From contig CAVWHY010000010.1 in the NCBI GenBank assembly GCA_963754955.1, positions 15,233 to 79,232 of the forward strand: a stretch of 64,000 nt of DNA, written 5' to 3'. Below the pieces are notes generated by a model. It was not told where the DNA came from and searched no databases. It was given only the letters and a program-made list of their open reading frames with translations. Source of the DNA: an uncultured Acidobacteriota bacterium (GTDB lineage Bacteria > Acidobacteriota > Vicinamibacteria > Vicinamibacterales > CAVVIG01). The translations under genes were made by a program, and so were the position numbers. Below, in pieces: positions 31,556 to 41,073 of this stretch. Positions within the stretch are counted from its first letter, which is position 1, and every line of letters begins with the position of its first letter.

Positions 31556-32213
31556 GCCGGGTATGGATATCGAGGCTCATCGCGACCTCAAGCTGCTTGA
31601 GGCGGTCGAACGGGACTCGCGCGTCACGCAACGCAGTCTCGCCAGCACGCTCGGTATCGCTCTCGGACTGACCAACGTGTATCTGAAACGGCTCGTGCGC
31701 AAGGGGTACATCAAGTGCGTGAACGTGCAGTCGAACCGCATTTCCTACCTCATTACACCGCGCGGCATCGCCGAGAAGGCACGGCTCACGTACGAGTTCA
31801 TGGACTATTCGCTGCATCTGTACGGTGAAGTTCGGCAGCATCTCCGGATGGTGCTGCAGGAGTGCGCGGCGGCGGGCCGCCGGGTCGCGATCTGCGGACG
31901 CGGCGAGGCCGCGGAGCTCGCGTACCTCTCACTGCGGGAGTTCGGTCTGGAGCCCGTCGCGATCTTCGACGACGACAACCAGCTCGAGTTTCTTGGGATG
32001 CCTGTGCGCCCCATCGCAGAGCATCACGATGTGGCGTACGATCTGATGATCGTCGCCACCCTTGAGCGATCGGGGAATCAGGTCGCCGCGCTCATCCGGT
32101 CCGGCGTCACGACAGACAAGTTGTTCCCGCTCCGCAAGGCTGGTCCGACCCGGCACACGTCTGCGACCGATCCGGTGCGAGCGGGCAACGGTCGTGTCGG
32201 CTCGGGCGGCTGA
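31548..32213 (+). CDS. EPS-associated MarR-type winged-helix regulator with C-terminal Rossmann-like domain (start may be ATG 31563)
   Basis: TQRSLASTLGIALGLTNVYLKRLVRKGYIK..YLITPRGIAEKARLT matches the EPS-associated MarR signature; C-term VAICGRGEAAELAY. Confidence 0.85.
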   Translation: MARPGMDIEAHRDLKLLEAVERDSRVTQRSLASTLGIALGLTNVYLKRLVRKGYIKCVNVQSNRISYLITPRGIAEKARLTYEFMDYSLHLYGEVRQHLRMVLQECAAAGRRVAICGRGEAAELAYLSLREFGLEPVAIFDDDNQLEFLGMPVRPIAEHHDVAYDLMIVATLERSGNQVAALIRSGVTTDKLFPLRKAGPTRHTSATDPVRAGNGRVGSGG

Positions 32214-32219
32214 GGTTTC

Positions 32220-33191
32220 ATGGCACTGAAACGCAAGCGCATCTGCATCACCGGCGGGGCCGGATTCATCGGTTCGTATCTCGTCCAGCGCTTACTCGAT
32301 GACAACGAAGTCGTTGTCTACGACAACCTGCATCGCAACGCCATCCAGTTCGCGGCCGTCGACGGGCACCCGCACCTGCACTTCATCAAGGGCGACGTGA
32401 CGCACTACGAGGCGACCCGCAAGGCTGTCGAGGGCTGTCACGTTGTCATCCACTGCGCTGCGATCGCGGGCGTGTACTCCGTCGATCGCAACGCCGTGAC
32501 GACGATGGAAGTGAACATGCTCGGAACGCACCAGGTCGTCAAGGCCGCCCTGGACGTGGGAGTCGAGCGGTTCGTCGAGTTCTCGACAAGCGAGGTTTAC
32601 GGGCCGTTCATTCACAAGGGCAGGGAAGACGACGTGACGACGATCGGGCCGATTGGCGAGAGCCGGTGGGTGTACGCTGCCAGCAAGCTCGCGTCGGAAC
32701 ACCTGTCGTACTCGCACTACAAGGAGGACGGCCTGCCGCTGGCGATCGTCCGCCCGTTCAACGTCTACGGGCCGAGGCAGGTCGGCGACGGTGCCATCAG
32801 GGGGATGATCCTCCAGGCCCTCAGCAACACGCCGATCACCCTCTACAACGACGGGACCCAGATTCGGGCGTGGTGCTACGTCGACGATTTCGTCGATGGC
32901 GTCCTGCGCTGCACGGAGCGGCCAGAGGCTATCGGCCACGTGTTCAATCTCGGCAACCCCCAGGGCACCATCACGAACTTCGAGCTCGCCAACATGATCA
33001 TCCGGCTGACGCAGTCGAAGTCGGACATCGTCTTCAAGCCGCACCCGGGACCGGAAGTCGATCTGCGAGTGCCGTCCATCGACAAGGCGGCGACTCTCCT
33101 CGGGTTCAAGCCGGCCATCTCGCTCGAGGCGGGGATTTCGCGGACGATTCCCTGGTACGCCGAGCACTTGTCGCAAGTGAGCGCCCAGTGA
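32220..33191 (+). CDS. NAD-dependent epimerase/dehydratase
   Basis: TGGAGFIG, STSEVYG, YAASK, RPFNVYGP. Confidence 0.9.
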   Translation: MALKRKRICITGGAGFIGSYLVQRLLDDNEVVVYDNLHRNAIQFAAVDGHPHLHFIKGDVTHYEATRKAVEGCHVVIHCAAIAGVYSVDRNAVTTMEVNMLGTHQVVKAALDVGVERFVEFSTSEVYGPFIHKGREDDVTTIGPIGESRWVYAASKLASEHLSYSHYKEDGLPLAIVRPFNVYGPRQVGDGAIRGMILQALSNTPITLYNDGTQIRAWCYVDDFVDGVLRCTERPEAIGHVFNLGNPQGTITNFELANMIIRLTQSKSDIVFKPHPGPEVDLRVPSIDKAATLLGFKPAISLEAGISRTIPWYAEHLSQVSAQ

Positions 33192-33204
33192 CCTCAGACA
33201 GCCC

Positions 33205-33225
33205 TACTGCCGACTGCTCACTGCT
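33205..33225. repeat. Degenerate heptamer repeat (3 units, ACTGCYN)
   Basis: (ct)actgccg actgctc actgct immediately before ATG 33226. Confidence 0.6.
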
Positions 33226-34167
33226 ATGCGCGTAATCGTCACCGGCGCTTCCGGGTTCATCGGCCGCAACCTGCTGCTGCGCGCGCCGCGGGACTGGCAG
33301 ATCGTGGCCGTTTACCGCAATGCCGGCGGGTTCGCCGCGTTCCTTGCGCGTCATCGGTTGATGCATGTGCGCGCCGTTCGGTGTGACCTCGCCAGTGCGG
33401 AGGACGTCGCCCTACTGGCCCGCGACGCTGGGCCGGTGGACGCATGCGTCTATCTGGCCGCCAACGGCGATCCCGCGCTGTCGTCGGAGCGTCCCGCGTG
33501 GGACCTGCAGCTCAACACGCTGGCCCTCGTGACGTTCCTCGAGCGCGTCCGCGTCGGTCATCTCGTTTACGTCTCGTCAGGCGCGGTCTACGACGGGCTG
33601 CAGGGACCGGTGTCTCCAGGAACAACAGTGGCCCCGAGGCTGCCTTACGCGATTTCGAAGCTGGCATCCGAATACTACCTGCGTGGGTTTTCCGAACGCC
33701 GGCATACCGTCGGCAGCTTCGTCAACGTGCGCTTCTTCGGCGCCTACGGGCCGTACGAGCCCGAGCGCAAGATCACGACGCGCTGGATGCGCGGCATGAT
33801 GCAAGGCCGGCGCGAGTTCACGCTTCGCGGCAACGGCGAAAACCTCATCGACTTCATGTACGTCGACGACGCGGTGGATGGATTCCTGGCGTTGACATCG
33901 TCCTCGGGATTCAGCGGGACCATCGATTTCGCATCCGGCGCGCCACTCAGCGTCAACGCGGTGGCGCAGACAATGGGCCGCGTGATGGGCATCGATGTCA
34001 CGCTGCTCCACGAAGGTCACACCGAGGAATACATTCAGTTTCACACCGTCGATCGCACCATGCGGGATCGTTTCGGGTTCGAAGCCCGCACCCCGTTCGA
34101 AACAGGCGTGCGCCGGTTGCATCAGTTTCTGCTCGAGGAGCGAGATGGCGCCAGCCAGCCCGCGTGA
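33226..34167 (+). CDS. NAD-dependent epimerase/dehydratase
   Basis: TGASGFIG, SSGAVY, YAISK, DFMYVDD. Confidence 0.88.
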   Translation: MRVIVTGASGFIGRNLLLRAPRDWQIVAVYRNAGGFAAFLARHRLMHVRAVRCDLASAEDVALLARDAGPVDACVYLAANGDPALSSERPAWDLQLNTLALVTFLERVRVGHLVYVSSGAVYDGLQGPVSPGTTVAPRLPYAISKLASEYYLRGFSERRHTVGSFVNVRFFGAYGPYEPERKITTRWMRGMMQGRREFTLRGNGENLIDFMYVDDAVDGFLALTSSSGFSGTIDFASGAPLSVNAVAQTMGRVMGIDVTLLHEGHTEEYIQFHTVDRTMRDRFGFEARTPFETGVRRLHQFLLEERDGASQPA

Positions 34168-34783
34168 GCTCGCCGAGCGCGAGCTCCACGAGTATGTCGC
34201 CGGCGTCGAAGGCCATGACTCCCAGACCGTCGGCGTCGTCGGGTACTTCTACCGCATGTACCGCGCGGAGGTGCTCGCTCGTGTCGGCGAACTGCGCGGG
34301 CGCGACGTCCTCGAAATCGGCTGCGGCGAGGGGATGATGTTCGACGGCACGCCCCTGAGCCCGGTGCAGATGGATGTGTCGATGACGCGTGTCGCCCGTG
34401 CCTCGGGCAGGTGCCGGCTGCTGCTGTGCGCCGACGGCTATCAGTTGCCGTTCGCGGCCGAGTCGTTTGCTGCGGTGCTGCTGATCGCGGTCCTCGAGCA
34501 CACCCGCGAGCCTTGGCGGCTGCTCGCCGAAGCGCGGCGCGTGCTGAAGCCGGGCGGCCGGGTCGTCATGGTGGTGCCGAACGACGTGACGATGAGCGCC
34601 GGTCGGCTGCTGCTCGGCAAGTTTCCCATCCGCTATCCCGATCACCTCACCTTCACGACGCCCGGCCGGATGCGGACCTGGCTCGCCGATGGTTTCCGGA
34701 TTCGGGAAGCATTTCATCTGCCGTTTCGCATGCTGCCGTTCGCCGCGAACCTCTACCACTGCGTCGTCGCCGAGCGGGCCTGA
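34145..34783 (+). CDS. Class I SAM methyltransferase
   Basis: VLEIGCGEG, LPF, VLEH, RRVLKPGG. Confidence 0.85.
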   Translation: MAPASPRELAERELHEYVAGVEGHDSQTVGVVGYFYRMYRAEVLARVGELRGRDVLEIGCGEGMMFDGTPLSPVQMDVSMTRVARASGRCRLLLCADGYQLPFAAESFAAVLLIAVLEHTREPWRLLAEARRVLKPGGRVVMVVPNDVTMSAGRLLLGKFPIRYPDHLTFTTPGRMRTWLADGFRIREAFHLPFRMLPFAANLYHCVVAERA

Positions 34784-34788
34784 TCGCA

Positions 34789-36222
34789 TTGCCGCAGCCG
34801 CATGTGGTTGTCCTCGGAACCGGGCCTGCCGGCATGTCGGCCGCGTGGCGTTTAGCCCAGCTGGGCTGCCGCGTGACCGCTCTCGAGAAAGACACGGCCG
34901 TCGGCGGAATGGGCAAAACGATTGGTGTCGGCAAGTACGCCGTCGACTACGGCCCTCACACGTTCCATATCCGCGAAACCGAAGAGAGCCGCCGGATTCA
35001 CGAGGCCATCCGCCCCCTGTTTGGCGAGGACCCACTCGTGCTGACGCGAGGGACGCGCGTGCTGCTTCGCGGCAAGGAGTACGTGTATCCACTCGAGATG
35101 CTGCAGGTGCTGACGGGCGTCAGCCCCATGCTCTCGGCGCGCATCGTGTACGACTACCTGACGGCGAGCATCAAGTCGCTGATCATGCCGCCGCGGAACG
35201 AGCATTCGTTCGAGGAGTGGGGCGTGCGGAATCTCGGACGCACGCTCTACGATCTGTGCTTCGGCATCTACTCCGAGCGGGTCTGGGGTCTGCCGACGTC
35301 GCAGATTTCCTCGAAGCAGGCGCAGCGCGTTGCCAAGCTCAACCTGAAGAACGTCGTGCTCAGGTCGTTTGGAATCAAGGCGGATCCCGCGACCTACTTC
35401 ATGAAGTACATGTACCCGCGCAAGGGCATCAGCGTGCTGTTCGAGAACATGGCCGCCGAGTTCCGCGGCACGGGCAACTGCCTGCATCTCGAGTCACCCG
35501 TGGTGCGCCTCGAGCGTGACGGCGAGCGGATCGCGCGAGTTGTGTATACCCACGGCGGCCACGAGCGCGCGATCGAGTGTGATGGAGTCGTCTCCACGCT
35601 GCCGCTTCCGCAACTTGTCGGCATGATCTCGCCGTCTCTGCCGTCGAGCGTCGCGGAACATGCAAAGCGCCTGCGCTACCGCAGTCTGAAGCTGATCTAC
35701 ATCGCGCTGAAGCGGCCGCAGCTCACGGACTACCACTGGGTGTACCTGCTGGATTCGCAGTTCCGCGTGAACCGGATGTCGGAGCAGAAGAACGTCAGCC
35801 CGGACATGGTGCCGGCGGATCGCACCATCTTGTGTGTCGAGCTGTCATGCTGGCGCGACGAGCCGATGTGGAAGGCCAGCGACGAAGAAATCTACCGTGT
35901 CGCGCTTGGCGACGTCATGCAGATGGGCTACGGCGTGACGGAAGACGAGGTCGAGGACTACCACGTTACTGACATTCCGACCGCCTATCCGGTCTACGGG
36001 CTCGATTTCGAACGCGACCTCATCCCGGTGCTCGAGGGCGTCCACGCCGTACCGAATCTATTGACGCTCGGCCGGCACGGTCTGTTTCTCAATAACAGCA
36101 TGGATGACAATGTTCTGCTCGGGATGAAGATCGCGAGCCACATCGCGGAGAGCGGCTTCGACAGTCAGGCCTGGTTGTCAGAGATGCTGGCCTTCATGAA
36201 CCTGCGGTTCGACGGCAAATAG
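34789..36222 (+). CDS. FAD-dependent oxidoreductase (protoporphyrinogen oxidase / UDP-galactopyranose mutase-like, glycan-cluster type)
   Basis: VLGTGPAG, VGG, DYGPHTF, YPRKG, AYPVY, GRHGLF..NSMD; start uncertain. Confidence 0.8.
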   Translation: MPQPHVVVLGTGPAGMSAAWRLAQLGCRVTALEKDTAVGGMGKTIGVGKYAVDYGPHTFHIRETEESRRIHEAIRPLFGEDPLVLTRGTRVLLRGKEYVYPLEMLQVLTGVSPMLSARIVYDYLTASIKSLIMPPRNEHSFEEWGVRNLGRTLYDLCFGIYSERVWGLPTSQISSKQAQRVAKLNLKNVVLRSFGIKADPATYFMKYMYPRKGISVLFENMAAEFRGTGNCLHLESPVVRLERDGERIARVVYTHGGHERAIECDGVVSTLPLPQLVGMISPSLPSSVAEHAKRLRYRSLKLIYIALKRPQLTDYHWVYLLDSQFRVNRMSEQKNVSPDMVPADRTILCVELSCWRDEPMWKASDEEIYRVALGDVMQMGYGVTEDEVEDYHVTDIPTAYPVYGLDFERDLIPVLEGVHAVPNLLTLGRHGLFLNNSMDDNVLLGMKIASHIAESGFDSQAWLSEMLAFMNLRFDGK

Positions 36223-37602
36223 CGCACGGTGCGAACGATGTTTCGCCAGGCGGGCGGTCCCCAGAGTGGCGAGAACGAGCAAAACCGGTTGTGCCGGCAG
36301 TGACTGGCGTGCTTCGGTGAAGAGCAGAGCGTGCACCACGGTCACGTAGATAATCGGCGCCGCCATCAGCCACGCCGCCGCCGGGTTCACGCGGCCGAGC
36401 GCGAGGCCGCCGATCACCGCGGCTGCAAATATGAGGACCTGTATCAACCAGCAGAGGCGAATAACGAGCGGTGGAAGACCATTGATGTCGCTGTACCGAA
36501 ATGGGATCTCGCCGGCCCACAGGAGGAACACACCCCGTGCGAGACGCCTCGCGAGATGAGCGAACGAGCCCCGGCGCAGGTTCTCGAGCGCGACACGTTG
36601 ATACTCCCGGTCGGCTTTCGCGCGTGACATCGCTCGCTCGTACGGCTCGACGGGCTGCGTCCAGATCCGACGGATGTCCTGCCACTGATGCACGTACTCG
36701 AGCATCGGAGCCGCCGGTAGCTGTTCCCGTGCGGCGACGGCCTCGATCGCGCGATCGAGGTCGGCCCGCCCGTCGATGTCTTCTGCAATGTGAGTCAGCT
36801 CGTTCTGAAGGCGGCCGGACCAGGTGGCCTGCCACGATCCTTCCCAGAGCCCCCGGCCGAGGCCGCCGGCTGGCGACAGCGTGAGACGTCCGAGCGTTAC
36901 GTAGTTGTACGTGAACCACGGCAGCATCGTGAAACAGAAGACCGCAAGCATCACCCACCATCCACTGCGAGCTGGCCTGGGATGCACGCGAAACGCCGGC
37001 AGCACGATGAAACCGATGCCGGCGAGCGCGGGTGCAAACAGCACGAATGCGGGACGGCTGAGCGCGGTAACGCCGAGCAGAAATCCTGCAGACGCGAACG
37101 CCGAGCGGCGGTCTCCGCGATACGCGCGCAGCACGGCCCACATCGACAGCGTGAAGAGTGCGGTCGTCCAGACTTCGGTCATGACCAGCGCCCCGAAATA
37201 CGGGATCGGCGGGAAGAGTGCGGTCGCTGCCGCTGCCGCGATCGCCAGGCGTTCGGTCATCGCGGGGACAGTGGCGCGCGCAATCGCGTACGACAGCACG
37301 CAGATCAGGACAAACAGGGCCGTTTGCGCCAGCGCCACGGGCAGCTGGCCGACCCCGAACACCCGGTATAGAGCCGCGAGGAAGGCCGGATAGGCCGGCG
37401 TTCGGATGACCTCCGGCACAAAACGTGGCGCGTCCGGAACGCGCGTGAACATTCCCGTTTGGGCAAGTACCTGGCCCAGCCTGCGGTAGCCGTCCTGATC
37501 AGACCACGCAATGTTCCAGTCCGGACGCTGATACCAGATGAAGAACAGACCGTGCAGCGCGGCAACGAGGCACACGAGCAGGAGCGGCCGCCGGAAAACC
37601 AT
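36178..37602 (-). CDS. GT-C-type (ArnT/PMT-like) polytopic membrane glycosyltransferase
   Basis: TM1 followed by DQDGY, RTPAYPAFLA, MTE, LSRP, EARQSLP; many TM helices; ATG 37602. Confidence 0.7.
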   Translation of the reverse strand: MVFRRPLLLVCLVAALHGLFFIWYQRPDWNIAWSDQDGYRRLGQVLAQTGMFTRVPDAPRFVPEVIRTPAYPAFLAALYRVFGVGQLPVALAQTALFVLICVLSYAIARATVPAMTERLAIAAAAATALFPPIPYFGALVMTEVWTTALFTLSMWAVLRAYRGDRRSAFASAGFLLGVTALSRPAFVLFAPALAGIGFIVLPAFRVHPRPARSGWWVMLAVFCFTMLPWFTYNYVTLGRLTLSPAGGLGRGLWEGSWQATWSGRLQNELTHIAEDIDGRADLDRAIEAVAAREQLPAAPMLEYVHQWQDIRRIWTQPVEPYERAMSRAKADREYQRVALENLRRGSFAHLARRLARGVFLLWAGEIPFRYSDINGLPPLVIRLCWLIQVLIFAAAVIGGLALGRVNPAAAWLMAAPIIYVTVVHALLFTEARQSLPAQPVLLVLATLGTARLAKHRSHRALFAVEPQVHEGQHL

Positions 37603-37610
37603 GGCGCGTG

Positions 37611-37616
37611 ATTGTA
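37611..37616 (-). promoter_or_regulatory. -10 box TACAAT 8 nt before ATG (leaderless-type)
   Basis: Minus strand GGTACAATCACGCGCCATG. Confidence 0.55.
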
Positions 37617-37621
37617 CCGTG

Positions 37622-38791
37622 TCAGGCTCGAAGGTCCCGGTACAACGCGTCGATATCGCCGACGAGGCGATCGATGTGGTACCGGACGACCACCGCTTTT
37701 CGTCCGCGTTCGCCCATGGCGCGGCGTTTCCCCGCGTCGTGCAGCAGCGACCCCACAGCCGACGCGAGCACGCGGACGTCTCCGGGAGGGGCCAGCAAGC
37801 CGCTGGCACCGCTTTGGATGACGTCCCGCACGCCGCCCACGTCCGTGCTGACGCCAGGCACACCAGCGGCGAGCGCTTCGATGAGCGCGACGGGGGTGCC
37901 TTCGTTGCGCGAGGTCAGCAGAAACACGTCGGTCGCGCTGTAGATGGTCGCAACGTCACGGCGCCACCCAAGAAAACGCGTGCGGTCGGCGATGCCGTGC
38001 GCGCGTGCCAGCTGTTCGAGCTCGCGGCGCCGCTCGCCGTCGCCGACGATCAGGAACAGGGCCGCCGGGTCCCCGGCGGCCACCAGACTGGCGGCTTCCA
38101 GGAACAGCTCGTGATTCTTGATCGCGGTCAGCCGTCCAACCGTGGAGACCACGTGCCGATCGGGGGCGATCTGCAGTTGCTCCCGGGCCGTGACACGGGC
38201 GCGGTCGTCGATCGACGACAGGGCACCGAGCTCGAATCCAAGCGGGATGACGCGGTACTGGTGCGGCAAGCCGATGCGCTGTTCTTCGAGCAGCTCGGTC
38301 CGGATCTCCGGCGAAATCGCCACGAGGCAATCGGTGAGGCGCGCCAGTCCGCGCTCGATGCCGAGAAACATGCGCGTTTTCGCGGGGCTGAAATATCCCT
38401 CGAGCACGTGGCCGTGATAGGTGTGCACGACTCGGGCGAGTGCGCGGCGACCGGCCGTCCGATTGTAGATGGCGGCCGCCAGCCGGCCGATCGTGCCGGC
38501 CTTGGCCATGTGTGTGTGGACGATGTGCGGACGAAAGTCGCGCAAGATTTGGAGCAGTCGCGCGAGCGCGACGGCGTCATGCACGGGCGTGAGCGGCCGC
38601 CGCAGCGCCTGCACTTCTCTGACGGCGACGGAGACCGGCAGGAGATACCGCATGTCGCCTTCGCTCGCATCCAACTGGCCGTGCACGAGAACCGTGTCGA
38701 TTCCGCGCGCCGTAAGGCGGTCGGCCAACGTGATCGCCTGAATCGCCGGCCCGCCGACATTCAGGCGCGTAATGACCCGGACAACGCGCAC
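37622..38791 (-). CDS. GT4 glycosyltransferase
   Basis: RLNVGGPA, HTHMAKAG, HTYHGH, SRNEGTPVALIEA. Confidence 0.9.
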   Translation of the reverse strand: MRVVRVITRLNVGGPAIQAITLADRLTARGIDTVLVHGQLDASEGDMRYLLPVSVAVREVQALRRPLTPVHDAVALARLLQILRDFRPHIVHTHMAKAGTIGRLAAAIYNRTAGRRALARVVHTYHGHVLEGYFSPAKTRMFLGIERGLARLTDCLVAISPEIRTELLEEQRIGLPHQYRVIPLGFELGALSSIDDRARVTAREQLQIAPDRHVVSTVGRLTAIKNHELFLEAASLVAAGDPAALFLIVGDGERRRELEQLARAHGIADRTRFLGWRRDVATIYSATDVFLLTSRNEGTPVALIEALAAGVPGVSTDVGGVRDVIQSGASGLLAPPGDVRVLASAVGSLLHDAGKRRAMGERGRKAVVVRYHIDRLVGDIDALYRDLRA

Positions 38792-38798
38792 CGCGCCA

Positions 38799-38804
38799 AC
38801 TCTA
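38799..38804 (-). promoter_or_regulatory. -10 box TAGAGT 7 nt before GTG (leaderless-type)
   Basis: Minus strand TAGAGTTGGCGCGGTG. Confidence 0.4.
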
Positions 38805-38820
38805 TCAGGTGTGACCGGGA

Positions 38821-41046
38821 TTGGAGCCGCGCCTCGTGAGTCACCCGGACCGCGTCGCCTATGCGCAGTTGGTGCGTGGGACCGAGAGACGTTCGGAGCT
38901 GTGGTGGATTGGCGTCTGTGCGGGCGCGCTGTTTCTCCCGCTCCTCTTTCCGCTCCTGACCGGCAGAATATTCACAAAAGACGACTTCGCCGCGTTGCAC
39001 CTGCCGTTCCGCTATCTTTACCGCGAAGCGTTGCGCGCGGGCGACTCGTTTCTCTGGACGTCCGCCTATCACTCGGGGTTTTACCTGCACGGCGAAGGCG
39101 AAGCGGGGATGGCGCACCCCCTGCACCTCCTCTTGTACCGGTTCCTGCCGCTCGGGCCGGCGTTCAACCTGGAGATTGTCTCGACGTATGTCGCGATGCT
39201 GGCCGGCACCGGGCTGCTCCTCCGTCGCTTGGGTTTCACGAGCGAGTCGGCATGGTTTGGGGCAGTCGTGTTCACGTTCAGCGGGTTCAACCTGTACAAC
39301 GTAATGCACGTGAACCACATTGCCGCGGTTGCCCATATACCGTGGCTTCTGCTCGCGACTCATGGGCTTCTGACATCGCCCGATCGACGCGGCCGGGCGG
39401 TGGCGTTTGCGGGGATCGTCCTCGCCGTCGGCTCGCAGCTGCTGGTTGGGAACCCGCAGTATGTGTGGCTCACAAGCGTCGTCGTCGTATTCATGACCGG
39501 GTGCTTGTGGTACGCGGGAGCACCAGCGTCCCGTGTGTGGATGCTAATCATTGCCGGGATGCTGGGCATGCTGGTTGGAGCGGTACAGCTGCTGCCCACG
39601 CTTGACTTTGCGCGTGAGTCGACACGCATGACGTGGTCGGAGGCTGAGGCGCTGTCGTTCTCGCTGTCTCCGTTGAATCTTGTGCAGCTGTGGTCACCGT
39701 TTGCGTTTCGCTTCCGCGTACACGCGCCGGAGGCGGAAGCGCAGATTGTCCACGAGTTCATCGTCTACAACGGCGCCTTCTGCACTATGGCGCTGGCGTG
39801 GCTGGCCATGCGATGGCGGCAACAGGCCCGCCGCGGCCTGTTGACAGCGCTGGTCGGGCTGGCCGCCATCAGCTTCGTGCTCGCGATGGGGCGCTACGGA
39901 GGCGTCTACGCCTGGCTTGCGCGTCTTCCGGGGCTGAATAGCTTCCGAGCACCCGCGCGCCACATCGTGTTGTTCCATCTGGCGATGAGCGGCATCGCTG
40001 CCGTCGCCTTCCAGGATCTCGTCGCCGTCATTCGACGCGGCGAGCGGGTGGAGATTCGGCGCTTGTGGCCGCTTGCGGTTCCTGTGGTGATGAGCCTGTC
40101 GACGACGGTAGCTGCGAGCCTGCTGGCTCAGTCACCGTGGGCGGCGGCTCACGGGCTGCCATTCTCAGGTTTCATGCGGGCGGCCCCGTGGTCGGCTCTG
40201 ATGGTTCTCATGGCCTGGCTGATCGTGAAGGCCGCGCGCGGTGCCCGGTGGGCGTTGCCGGCACTCATCGTGTTGGTCGCCTTCGACCAGGGCTTCTGGG
40301 GGTATTCGTATGCGTACCGGTGGGGACCGGTTGAGCGAATCGACCAGCTGATCGCCCATGCCGATGTGCCCGCCGACGCGCGCCCGGGCGACCTGATCGC
40401 GCCGGCTCTCGTTGGCGGATTGAACAACGTCGCCGTTCTGCGTGAACTCCGCCTGACGCCCGGATATAGCGGTTTAGTGGCATCGTCATTTCTCGACCCG
40501 ACAGATCCCGTTGCGCAACGGATCGCAGGGGTGAGGTGGCGTGTTGACGGAGCTATGTGGGAGCGAGTCGCGGACACCATGCCGAGAGCCCGGCTCGTAT
40601 CAACCGTACAGTCCAGCACCGATGTCCGTGCGGATGTTCGCGCGTTGGATATTTCGCGCGTCGCCATCGTGGATCGTTCCATCCGCGGCGTGTCAGGGTC
40701 GGCTGGATCAGTCCGGGTCCTGAACGACCGGCCTGGTTTCATGGAGCTCGAAACCTCCGCCTCCGGCCGGCAGCTACTGCTCGTGACTGAGCGGTTTCAC
40801 TCCGGCTGGAGTGTTAAAGCGGACGGCGCCCGTCGCGATATCGTACGCGTCTACGGGGATTTCCTGGGCTGCGTGGTGGAGCCGGGCACGCACCGGGTGA
40901 CGTTTGCGTTTGCACCGGACAGCGCGCGACAAGGCCTCCGACTCAGCCTCGCCGGACTGTCCCTGGCAGTTGTACTGACGGCACTGATCGGATTCGAGCG
41001 TTCGAGCCAAGCCAAACCGCTTGCGAACGTCTCTGCGAGCGCCTGA
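38821..41046 (+). CDS. YfhO-like polytopic membrane protein (GT-C-like)
   Basis: D..LHLPFR..LW..G, GNPQ, AVQLLPT, FRAPAR, C-term LLVTERFHSGW..VEPGTHRVTFAFAP; start uncertain. Confidence 0.72.
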   Translation: MEPRLVSHPDRVAYAQLVRGTERRSELWWIGVCAGALFLPLLFPLLTGRIFTKDDFAALHLPFRYLYREALRAGDSFLWTSAYHSGFYLHGEGEAGMAHPLHLLLYRFLPLGPAFNLEIVSTYVAMLAGTGLLLRRLGFTSESAWFGAVVFTFSGFNLYNVMHVNHIAAVAHIPWLLLATHGLLTSPDRRGRAVAFAGIVLAVGSQLLVGNPQYVWLTSVVVVFMTGCLWYAGAPASRVWMLIIAGMLGMLVGAVQLLPTLDFARESTRMTWSEAEALSFSLSPLNLVQLWSPFAFRFRVHAPEAEAQIVHEFIVYNGAFCTMALAWLAMRWRQQARRGLLTALVGLAAISFVLAMGRYGGVYAWLARLPGLNSFRAPARHIVLFHLAMSGIAAVAFQDLVAVIRRGERVEIRRLWPLAVPVVMSLSTTVAASLLAQSPWAAAHGLPFSGFMRAAPWSALMVLMAWLIVKAARGARWALPALIVLVAFDQGFWGYSYAYRWGPVERIDQLIAHADVPADARPGDLIAPALVGGLNNVAVLRELRLTPGYSGLVASSFLDPTDPVAQRIAGVRWRVDGAMWERVADTMPRARLVSTVQSSTDVRADVRALDISRVAIVDRSIRGVSGSAGSVRVLNDRPGFMELETSASGRQLLLVTERFHSGWSVKADGARRDIVRVYGDFLGCVVEPGTHRVTFAFAPDSARQGLRLSLAGLSLAVVLTALIGFERSSQAKPLANVSASA

Positions 41047-41073
41047 ACACCAGGATCCGTCAGCAGATATGTC

